Assembly: GCA_002633005.1 (NCBI GenBank)
Contig: NMRA01000409.1
Coordinates: forward strand, 249,831-313,830
Reading direction: 5' to 3'
Length of the DNA stretch: 64,000 bases
Source of the DNA: Phoronis australis
Taxonomy: Eukaryota > Animalia > Phoronida
How positions within the stretch are numbered: the stretch's first letter is position 1; each line of letters begins with the position of its first letter. The notes beneath the pieces were generated by a model, which ran no database searches, had not been told where the DNA came from, and saw only the letters and a program-made list of their open reading frames with translations. The translations under genes were made by a program, and so were the position numbers. Shown piece by piece: positions 1 through 11,000 of this stretch.

Positions 1-1
1 A

Positions 2-94
2 AATATGGACACCGAAGAGACTGTCGAGATCACGTACGCAGACGATGAAACATTTGATTGGTCTAGCTCAGCCAATAGCGACATGCTCTTTTAG
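2..94 (+). CDS. Possible terminal coding fragment of an upstream plus-strand gene
   Basis: Open acidic frame NMDTEETVEITYADDETFDWSSSANSDMLF-stop at the window edge, followed by several kb of T/G-skewed, UTR-like sequence; no family recognised. Confidence 0.25.
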   Translation, partial: NMDTEETVEITYADDETFDWSSSANSDMLF

Positions 95-1007
95 AGTGGG
101 CAGGAAAATGAATTGATTGACAGGCTGGCAGCACCAATCTTGGATGGCCTGTTAAAGTGGGCGGTGAGAATTATTGTTTGATTGAACTTGGCCCATAGTT
201 TTAGAGTGGGCGGGAAAAAGTTTAGTGAATGACAGGCTGGTCAGCACCGATCAGGGTTGTGCTGGGTTGGGATAGTCTGGTTTATGGCTGATCTTCAGGA
301 ATACAAACAGTGAGGCATTTACTTCGTCTAGGTTGGCCAATAGCGATGTGCTGTTTTAAGATTGGGCGGGGAAAGTTAACTGAAGTTGAAGTGAAAATAA
401 AGCTGTGCTCTGAACTCAAGACTCAAAATTAACATATTTTTCTCTTCTACTTTTCTGTGAACTTGAGTTAAGCGTGTATGTTCGTGTGCTCAAGTACATT
501 GTTGTATACGTGCATGAGTGTGCAGTCTTTACTTGCCTTGATGACCCTGGCATTAACTCATTCACTTCTGGGGTGTTTTGAGAACATCATTTCCCAGCGT
601 AACTCGTAATGCGGGCATGGCTGTGAAAGATTTAAAGCTACAAGTTTGAGTGAGAACTTGGTATCTCGGACTTTTGACAGACGTTTGTAGCTCAAACCAA
701 GGTCATCTAGTGCAAACTTGGACTTCTAGAAACTTGTTTATGCAAACTTATTGACTGGTGCACAAAAACATTCACTTAACTCAAGTAAAACAGGAAACGT
801 TAAGTTGATAGAAGTGGAAATGGGAATCTGACTTCTTGAGTTGATTGACAGCTGCTGAGGTAATCAATGGTGCTGTGCCATGTATGAAGTGATGATAGAT
901 CTGTTTTAAGGAAGATTGACAATCTACAAGCTCCTCCAGACATGGGGGGTTCTTTACAGGTATGTCTATGTGGTAGGAAATGCGTAGTAACATGTTTGGC
1001 GATGTGC

Positions 1008-2537
1008 TGTCTTGGCCCAATATGCTGTTTAGTATCTTTGTTCCGTTTTATCTGGAATTGATGAATTCGTAGTTACATTATATCGCGATTCATTTATAAT
1101 TCGCTGCAGCTTCAAAGTTTAGGAAAGGATGTGAATTTGGTAAATGTATATTCTGTAAAACTGTTCCCACCATACTAAAAAACAGCTTAAAAACAGTTGG
1201 CTGTGCTTTGCTATATGTTAAACGAGGGAAATTAATGTGAAAATTTGAAAATCAACAATTTATGTGATGTCAGGTTGGGCCTGGCTAGAATTTCCACTTC
1301 ACTGATGATGTCGACTCTGCCAGGCAAGATCACAATCCTATGCTCTGTCCGTGACATCACGTAGCGGGAGACGAGGAAAGTGGTATATTTTACTTTGAAA
1401 TTCAAATTTCTCATTTTTACAAAGCCGGTGCTGAATTCAATTAGATTTTTGCTATACGTTCATTATACACAAAGTGAAAACTGAAAAGCTAGACAATTGG
1501 TGGGAACCCTTTAAATATGTTCGTATGTATTCAAAATGTTTTTGAACCTTTTTTCTTGCTGCTTGTGATATTTATAATCAAGAATCTTAACTTTTAATTT
1601 TAATTTAATACATATTTTTACGATGTATCTGTATCATTGCACACTGCCCTGCTCTTTATATAAGTCATTTGCCTTTACCCACTTGCAAGTTGGTCTTAGT
1701 CACGCGAACTCCATCAACCAGCACAAATTCAGGACCATATCCAAAATGGGTGTCTGACAATGGACTATCTTANTGTCTTGGCCCAATATGCTGTTTAGTA
1801 TCTTTGTTCCGTTTTATCTGGAATTGATGAATTCGTAGTTACATTATATCGCGATTCATTTATAATTCGCTGCAGCTTCAAAGTTTAGGAAAGGATGTGA
1901 ATTTGGTAAATGTATATTCTGTAAAACTGTTCCCACCATACTAAAAACAGCTTAAAAACAGTTGGCTGTGCTTTGCTATATGTTAAACGAGGGAAATTAA
2001 TGTGAAAATTTGAAAATCAACAATTTATGTGATGTCAGGTTGGGCCTGACTAGAATTTCCACTTCACTGATGATGTCGACTCTGCCAGGCGAGATCACAA
2101 TCCTATGTTCTGTCCGTGACATCACTTAGCGGGAGATGAGGAAAGTGGTATATTTTACTTTGAAATTCAAATTTCTCATTTTTACAAAGTCAGTGCTGAA
2201 TTCAATTAGATTTTTGATATACGTTCATTATACACAAAGTGAAAACTGAAAAGCTAGACAGTCGGTGGGAACCCTTTAAATATGTTCGTGTGTATTCAAA
2301 ATGTTTTTGAACCTTTATTCTTGCTGCTTGTGATATTTATAATCAAGAATCTTAACTTTTAATTTTAATTTAATACATATTTTTACGATGTATCTGTATC
2401 ATTGCACACTGCCCTGACCTTTACATAAGTCATTTGCCTTTACCCACTTGCAAGTTGGTCTTAGTCACGCGAACTCCATCAACCAGCACAGATTCAGGAC
2501 CATATCCAAAATGGGTGTCTGACAATGGACTATCTTA
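1008..2537. repeat. Tandem 765-bp near-identical duplication across a single N (1773)
   Basis: 1008-1772 versus 1774-2537 differ by scattered SNPs and a small indel. Confidence 0.9.
1163..1507. mobile_element. Decayed TIR element (also present in the duplicated copy)
   Basis: GTTCCCACCA ... TGGTGGGAAC followed by CCTTTAA. Confidence 0.4.
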
Positions 2538-2930
2538 GGGAACGCTTTGTATTTCTCTGCTGCAGCAATTCAAAAGTGTCCATACAGGAGGGGCCTAGTG
2601 TGCGGTTGCATGAAACGTTCCCAAATAGGTACTACACTACGTTACCTAAATCTTTTACGCATTTCTGGGCTTGTTAATTTCCCTATTACTTTATCGTTAC
2701 TATGAGCTCGTCTGGTGTTATTTTCTAGGGTTATATCTCACACTGGAGTCCTTATTTCAATATGAATTGAATAAACTAATAAAAGACTTCCCAATAGTCC
2801 TTAAATTAGAGGTCTTACGTGAAATGCGGCTTATTCCATATTGTCAATAATTGCAAACATTTAATCTCAGAAGTTCAATGGCCCAGATGTCCACTACTAA
2901 GTCTGATTGTATTTCTGTATTCGACCGGTG

Positions 2931-3004
2931 GTCCTGATGACTCAGTGGACTAGAGTGTCTGCACAGTTAGCAGAAAGTCCTGGCTTCGAGTCCCGGTTGT
3001 GGCT
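2931..3004 (+). pseudogene. tRNA-like sequence (pseudo-tRNA or SINE head)
   Basis: A box TGACTCAGTGG; anticodon-like stem TCTGC/GCAGA with a 7-nt loop; B-box-like GGCTTCGAGTCC; acceptor stem pairs poorly. Confidence 0.55.
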
Positions 3005-5830
3005 GAAATCTTCAGACTCATATTCATTCAGTTTTGTGATGTGGCCAACAGGTGGCGTGCTGACCGGACTTAGAATGTTTGTGATGTACATTCCCATGTG
3101 AGTTTAAGAAATATGTATTTATATATTATCAATAATGTTAAGAATTCAACGTAGAGTTTACCCTTGATACATTTATGTCTCAAATTTAAGAATTGATTTT
3201 AAAAGGAAGAAATAATGTACAGTGTTAGCACTGATGTGCAAATGTGCTGACTATTTAGGGAACAGTCTAGTCCCTTCCTGGGTCAGTTTCATGCAGCTAC
3301 TCACTGACCCCCTCTGGATCTGTGCCTGGTAAAAGTATTAGACTGTGAACGCTACCTGTTTTGCTTGCTTCAGCATTTTTGTCCGTGTGTTTAACCAAGT
3401 TTATCATGATTGTAAATATCTTGATTCATTTGTCTTAATCAGGGGTTGTTTTTTCTGTTAGTTTAACTTTACGCAATCACATTCCAATATTAATATAATT
3501 CATCCATCGTTATTTAGTGGATTTCATTGTTTCTGAAAACCATGGATTATTTGGGTGGGTACTGTCATACACAGAGACAGTTAGGCTTAGGCAAATCGCA
3601 AACTTGAAACTTGAATGAATATACTAAAACTCTGTTATCTATATTGATAAAAATGAATCATTAAACTTAGTTCAGTTCACAGTGAACTTAAGAAACACAC
3701 GAATTTGCCATGTTGATGAAACTGAGATGCTTATTTGTAGTGCAAAATCAGGATTTAAGGTGCCGCTGCGTGTGGTTTTATGAGTTGGAAGTTGTAAATG
3801 GTTTTCAAACCTGCATTTGTCAGTTGAAGTTGATAGTAGTCATTCAGTCATTCACTGCCTCGTTGTTTAGAACAACTGCCAACTTCAAATTATGTCCAGT
3901 GCAACTAACAATGTCATTGCCCATACGTAAATCATATCACATCTATGTGGTGTACATATACTCTAATTTTAAACACCTATTTTCAGTTATTCATAGCTTT
4001 CATTTTCAGTTCAGGGAACAGTCTGATGGTTCTGTGGCTTTAAGTAAGAGGTGCGCATTTAAGTGGGTTTATGCTCAAGATTGTTCACATACAACTGCAA
4101 CAGACATTGGCTTGGTTCTTGACATCCATTTTGTGAATGAAACTTGGAAGTGAAATTTGCACTGAATCTTGGATTGTGTAATATGCCGATTGTCTCCTGT
4201 GCAGTACAATTGCATGGAAAAAAAGGGTGTGCACAATTATAGTCCAGACTGGCCATTATCATGTTGCCATTTAAGTCGTAATATTGCGTCACAAATTTCA
4301 GAAACTGTGTTTGTGCAATCATAGGTGCACATAATTCTTCACTTATTTAGCAAACAGTATGGCCGACAAGAGAAATTTTATTTTGTTAAATTTCTCGATG
4401 AAGATAAAGATTAAGAAAGTTTTAGTCAATTGCTGGTATGGTTTGTACTGCGTAGATGTGGTAAAACAACTTTTGGTTAATATCCATTGTTTCCAGTTAA
4501 ATAATAAGCAATTGAAAATATAGAAAATGATATTTTTGGCAATTTAGTACAAAATCAGTGAAGAATTACTGCATGACAGATGAAATTCATGTGATGTAAT
4601 TGAACTTGTGATATTTATTAACTTAAGTCTTTAGGTTGTGGGAAATTTTGTGAATGATTGAGGTGTAATTTGTGATATGTTATCTATTTATTTCTCATTG
4701 CAATGAAGTGATGTTTGTAGCAGATCATTCCAATATGACATGTTTCTGATCTACTGTAGTTTCCGTTGTTTTAAAACAAAGCAGTATGTGATGTTTTAGC
4801 TTAACTTCGTGTTTGTGTTATCAAATGTCATACACTGGATTGTAACTTAGGTATGGCGCACACTATGAGCCACAGGCTTGACCAGCTGCCTCAAGAGCCT
4901 GTAAGCTAAGCATATAACTCGGGTTGAGGCCTGAAAGTAATGCAGTTGAATAAACTAGCCCACTGCACATTTCCATTGGTGTAAACAACTTAAGTAACAC
5001 TCACAAATATTACTGAGATGAAAAAAATTCGTCAAGTCATTCTCCGACTAAATATTTCTGTCCGAGTAGGTGTAATCACGCATTTAAGTACGTTTGATTT
5101 GAAAGCTTGGCAGGAGGTAATGCGAGAACACACTGGGCCACATTACATCGGATTACGAATTTGCATCCCGTTCTTTATTGAGAGCAACCGTCACGGCATC
5201 CTCGTTTCTGGTATTAATAATAATATTCCGTCACATCTCAAAAACTTAGAACTGAAAGTCAACGTTATTTATACAAAATTCCCTTCCCTCCAATTGAGCT
5301 GCGCCAAGTGAAGCCCTACTGAAAACTCCACAGTGTCTATGTTTTTAAAATATCAAAGGTACACCATTCAAGAAATTCGAACCACCAACTTAGGCATTTC
5401 TCAGTAGATGGAGCAGTTTGATGATGCATTTCTTAACATCAACCAATCCAAAGGTCCAAACAGAATGTCCAGATGACATTGATACTGTTAACCAATGAAA
5501 AGCCATGTTACGTGATCGTTCCGCAGTGCCACCTCTTGTAGTACAGGGAAAGAGCTAGACAAGTGTACGGAAAATTTAGAACTGTAAAATTTCACACACT
5601 TTCTTAAGAAATGCTACTGATGTCTAATGTGCAATTACAGTTAGTGTCCATAATGAAGAACAGGAGATCTTTATCAAATAAATGTTTATTTTTCTCAGAA
5701 ATTTGATAAAAAAACAAATCCATCAACAGGTATCCTTCACACCATGTGAAAATTACCTGGAATGTTTTGAGTTTGAAAAAAATGTCTCAAACGTTGGCCG
5801 AACAAAAAAATTTTACTGCCTGCTTCTGCC

Positions 5831-5915
5831 AACTTGTCACATGACACACAGTTACAACTTGTCACATGACACACAGTTAAATTACAACTTGTCACATGAC
5901 ACACAGTTAAATTAC
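5831..5915. repeat. 25-30-bp tandem repeat x3
   Basis: Unit AACTTGTCACATGACACACAGTT(AAATT)AC. Confidence 0.85.
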
Positions 5916-6094
5916 CACAAGTCTTTCTCTACAATCGCATGAAACAACTGCTAACTAGAAATAATATAATAAATATGTATGAATAGACAATTTCAAAAGT
6001 AACAAAGGAATGGTTACAGAATGTATGTGATTCGATGTAAAATAATGTAGGACCTTACAGACAAGTTTGTATTTAGCCAAATATTAATGAAACT

Positions 6095-6365
6095 ATACAA
6101 TATGTAATTTCTGAAGGTAGAAACTCCGTAGAGTTTGATATTTGACTTTTTTATCAATCTGCCATTAATTGGATTACATAAAAGTCTTATTTTTTATAGC
6201 CACTGGAAAATTTCTAAAACAATTCCTAAAGTCATTCTGGAGTAAAGTGAATGAAGCAGCGCATCTGAAAGTTTCGTATGAATCCGATCGGCCATTTCCG
6301 AGATATGATGTTGCGAAGTTCGCCAAATTTGGACACTTTTCTAGTAAAAGTCCTACATAGCCATG
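6095..6365 (+). repeat. Dispersed repeat family, copy 1 (others at about 23515-23860 minus, 25575-25790 plus, 40560-40680 plus)
   Basis: Shared core AAAGTTTCRTATGAAT...CCATTTCYGAGATATGATGTT...AAATTTGGACA. Confidence 0.7.
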
Positions 6366-7479
6366 AGTAACGTGTTAGAACAATACAATACAATACACAA
6401 TTGAAAACTCACAAAACAGCTATCTTGATTCAATTTATAAAACTATTTATACAATGTATACACTAACAAACCAGTTGTCATTAAAACCATACCCCTCATA
6501 AAATGTGAGGAATTCATAATTATACAGTGGTATCTAATTTAACATGTACAAAAACACGAGGACGGAATGTTCTATAAACCATGTACAAATTAGACATAAA
6601 AATCGGTTCCCAAGGACGAAATTAAATTTGGAAATAACTTTCATCAAATGTGTAATACGGTATTAAAAAATTAAAGCAAAAACCAGGTGTAACGCTGAGT
6701 CACAGTGATTACATGAAGAGTTGCTTTACTAGACAATCATTCTTAACATAAGATTACAGTTTCCAATAATCATACAAATTAGGCAATAACAAGTACAAGG
6801 ACATGGGAAAAAAGTTTACATAAAGCTAACGAGATTGCCTAACCTCATAAATGGAAATAATATTAAACCATCTGTTCATAATATAAATTATACAACCATG
6901 GTAACTGAGATTTCGCGCCACCTCAGAGGGCATTAAAATCCTATGTCCCCCTTAAACAGATATTTTGAAATTCCAACACAAACGTCTTACAGTCAGACGA
7001 CGAGGTAATTACTTTACTCTGTAGTCTCACAAAATTATAACCAGAGTCACAGACTTCAAACTCGGCCATTTGCAAATTTGACCAACATAAAGCGTGTCAA
7101 ACTTCGGACTCAAATAAGTCAAGTTAACAATGGTGAATATTCCTGATAAGGTAAAGCTGCAATGAATGAATTCCAATCGGGTCATGATGTTATGAGAAAT
7201 CAAGAATGCTAACTTGCCAAAACAAAGGGTTCAACCACAAAACATCAACTAAAAAGCAGTTATGACAACGGTGCTGCACAGGGTTTTAAGAGATTCGATG
7301 TGAAAACCACTGAGGTAAAACAGGTAAGCATTTATTGCTGACATAAATTAAGTGCTACCAATTGGAAACTTAGTCATTTTCCAGTCAAAGTGAAAATAGA
7401 GTCATCAACAAACAAACTAAGTATCCAATAGCAACAGCCTCTTGCTAATCAAGATTTTTTGGGAGAAATCATGGAGCAG

Positions 7480-7758
7480 GGGCCCGTCTCTAGAAGGGAT
7501 TATTGGCTTCATCGTTTGACTTTTGACCAAATATCGGTATGCGGAGGACTTAACCAGTGTCACCAAAACGGGTTAAGGTTGAATGTCAACTGTCCAGGAC
7601 TTGAGGTCAAAATAAAGAAATCGGTAGTATAGACAGAAATAAAACATTTTAAGAAATGCAAAAGAGAAAAAAATAAGCATTTGGCTATTTGTAATCAGAT
7701 TTTTTACTTTTGGTTAGCCATAAGACAAAAGCCCATAGTCTCTTCTAGAAACAGGCCC
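7480..7758. mobile_element. MITE in the presumed laminin 3' UTR
   Basis: About 30-bp TIRs: GGGCCCGTCTCTAGAAGGGATTATTGGCTT / AAGCCCATAGTCTCTTCTAGAAACAGGCCC. Confidence 0.65.
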
Positions 7759-7915
7759 AAGGGCTACATGCTTTTTGTTCCACTACGCCACCTGTTGGAG
7801 ACCTATGAAGAGACAAAGTTGTGTCCCTTCTGAAAATTGAATTGGGCAGTTCCTCGCAATCATACACTCAGACATTCTACGAAAACGAGTTTCTGAACTA
7901 AGAGATCCAACACGA

Positions 7916-8049
7916 CTAAGGCTTACAAGAATTTGGATCGGCAGACTCGAATGTTGAAATCACGCTATCCAATTCGCCTTCTAAACTGTTGATTTCTGCT
8001 TGGAGAGCTGAGATCTGAAACCTCTGTTGTCTGTACAAGTCAAGCAGTG
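7916..8049 (-). CDS. Laminin exon 31 (terminal coding exon)
   Basis: [44 protein letters not shown]-stop (TAG at 7918-7916). Confidence 0.87.
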
Positions 8050-11000
8050 CTAGAAGAACAATCAAAACACAGCTCATTAAAATAAGAACTCAGATTTATG
8101 GCAAACATGTTAGACCAAGCCTAAATGATTTGGACACAAAATGATATAAAAATCAATAGCAAATTCTTAGAGAAAAAACTCAATTATAAAATTTTTTACT
8201 CCAGCTTCGTACAAGAACATGCGCATTAAGTTTAGGACAAGTACAAAAACACTCTTTTTACTGGGATGACCATACAACAAACACGCCAATAACTCATCTG
8301 CTAAAAAGCAATGTTAATTAATTAAAAATAAATCAATTCATTCTAATCTGTCCAAACTGTTATTCGCAATGACATTAACAATAAGTCATACTACAACAAA
8401 ACAGCTGATATCAAAACCAGGTGGAGGCATGCACATAATATAATTCAATGTTGATATAGGTTAGATTAGCCCCAACACCCACACAGGGTGCATTAGCCCC
8501 AACACCCACACAGGGTGCATTAACCCCAACACCCACACAGGGTACATTCAAAAGAGCCCTGGTAGATGCTGCATGTATGAACAGTAGTTTTCGAAATAAA
8601 CTGGATAACAGTGAAATTTGGCAGTGAACAGTCTTTACCCACAAGACCGACATTAGCTTTCTACCACGATCTACTTTCTACTTTAATTCTGGTAAAAATC
8701 TCAACAAAATTTCAATAAATTTTGCCCCATCCACGTTCTCAAAATCAAGACAACTTACCACGCAAATTTAATCCATAAATAAACAATTAGCACCTAAGAA
8801 CAATAATGTGACGTTCAACCCAACAAAAGTTACACAAAAAAGCTATTTTTTGCAACAAAGGTTCATTAGTTGGAAAAATATGTTTATCCAAGTTTGGCAG
8901 AGTTCTGTCCAGCTGATTTTGAAAACTTCTTTACACAGAGGCCCATAACACCAATGACGTGTACTGCTACACAGAAATAATTTATATAAATCATTGCTTG
9001 CACAAGTAACCAGGTGGCGACACCTTCCAATGATAAAAGAACTGCTCCCTTTGAAGGAGTTCAAAACTTCATTGCTCAGAAATCCATAAAATGCCAATCA
9101 CACTAAGGTGAATATGAATTTCCTCACATTGTAGTTAGCTTTTGTATTAAATGGTAACCTGTATCTCTAATGAATAATAAAAAAAAAATTTGAATCTTCT
9201 GAAATGAACAGAGTGGGCCAAACATAATTCAAATGACTTGAACGCGAGTCACGATGACTGATCGCGATTTCGACAAAGTGATCGAAACAACACCTGTTAA
9301 GATTCCATGGAGATTTAGTTAAAATTGAACTGGGTAATTGTTGAAAAGAAATGGATTATTTTTAAATAGTTGCAGTCTTTTTACATTGAAAGTTTTTGAC
9401 ATTGCCTATTCTAATATGTAAAGTTCTGTATCTAGCGTAGCCAAAACAAGCACTTACAAGAGCAGTGGGCTCTGAACACGACAGTTTTAACCATAAGCCT
9501 GTATTCAAAATAAGACAGTCAAACAAGAGCATTGTGGGAAATATTTGCATACCCGACAGAGTGCCCACACCAGGCTCATTTGTGACTATGTCCCCTGCCT
9601 CCTTGAGGTACTTTGACAAGACATCTAGCCTTGTTGAGGCGTCCCGTAAATCATCTTGTGCAGTGGAAGCTGTGGCCCGCTCGGCAGATGTCTTCTGGGA
9701 AGTTTGTTTGGCATCGGAGACCAATTGGTTCAGGGTCTAAAATTAAATTACAAAATAACAATAAATGTAACAGAGCGTATCAGCACTAGCTGTGACAAAA
9801 TGGTGATTATGATGACGATGATGATGGTGACAGTGATGACAATGCTGAGAATGATGATGACAATGGTGACAATGAACAGATAAGGACGGTGATGATGACG
9901 CTGATGGGGGCAATGATCACTGGTATGTACTTGGCTTTACGAGTAATGCGCTAGGGTATAAAGCTTCTGACAGACTACCGCAAACACAAGGAAGACTGCA
10001 ACCAATCTGTACACACAAGTGGTCCAAAAGCAAAGGACTGCATAGTCAGTGTGACTATTTTCAGTAAACTCACACCATGTATTCTTTTATTGCATACATG
10101 AACTACTTACTAAATAGCATACCGTATCACTGTTCCAAAATTACAGAAATTAAACTTCTTTATATTAAATTATATACCTGTCCACCTTTCAACTGATTCG
10201 CGACTAATTATTCTCCAGGTCCTACACAACTGCCGTGATTACAACTTTGACGTGACGTGAAATTTTAATTTTAATGTTAACGGCAACTGCTACAGCCATT
10301 AAAAGTCCAGATAGTATCAACATAATTACTTTCTCTGCCTCGTTGACTGAGTCAAGTGCCTTCTGGGAAGTATTTCGTCCAGACTCCACAAGAGCCTTGG
10401 TCAGTTGGTAGCTCTGCTCTATACCCAGAATCTCAGACTTGAATCGCTGCAGCTGGTTGTTGGTGGAAGTGCCACTAGATGTCGCTAGTATTGCCTTGTC
10501 CTTTACCTGAAAGAAACAACATGCGGACTTTAATGCCATCAAATCTGCAATAAAGTCAATTAAAAAAAAACGTGCAGTTTTCTGTGCAGTTTTAAGCAGT
10601 AGTCTGGTATACACTAGAAATGAGAAGAATNTGTGACAAAACGGTGATTATGATGACGATGATGATGGTGACAGTGATGACAATGCTGAGAATGATGATG
10701 ACGATGGTGACAATGTACAGATAAGGACGGTGAAGATGACGCTGATGGGGGCAATGATCACTGGTATGTACTTGGCTTTACGAGTAATGCGCTAGGGTAT
10801 AAAGCTTCTGTCAGGCTACCGCAAACACAAGGAAGACTGCAACCAATCTGTACACACAAGTGGTCCAAAAGCAAAGGACAGCATAGTCAGTGTGACTATT
10901 TTCAGTAAACTCACACCATGTATCCTTTTATTGCATACATGAACTACTTACTAAATAGCATACCGTATCACTGTTCCAAAATTACAGAAATTAAACTTCT

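Noticed and set aside
2931-3004. Functional tRNA gene
   Set aside because: Acceptor stem is mispaired, the anticodon loop lacks U33 and the T-arm deviates; treated as a pseudo-tRNA or SINE head.
781-6360. Short ORFs in the first 6 kb (for example 3710-4153, 5018-5311)
   Set aside because: No domain motifs or splice support; composition fits UTR or intergenic sequence and repeats.
8411-8653. ORF with PCVGVGANA repeats
   Set aside because: Translation of a 27-bp intronic minisatellite.
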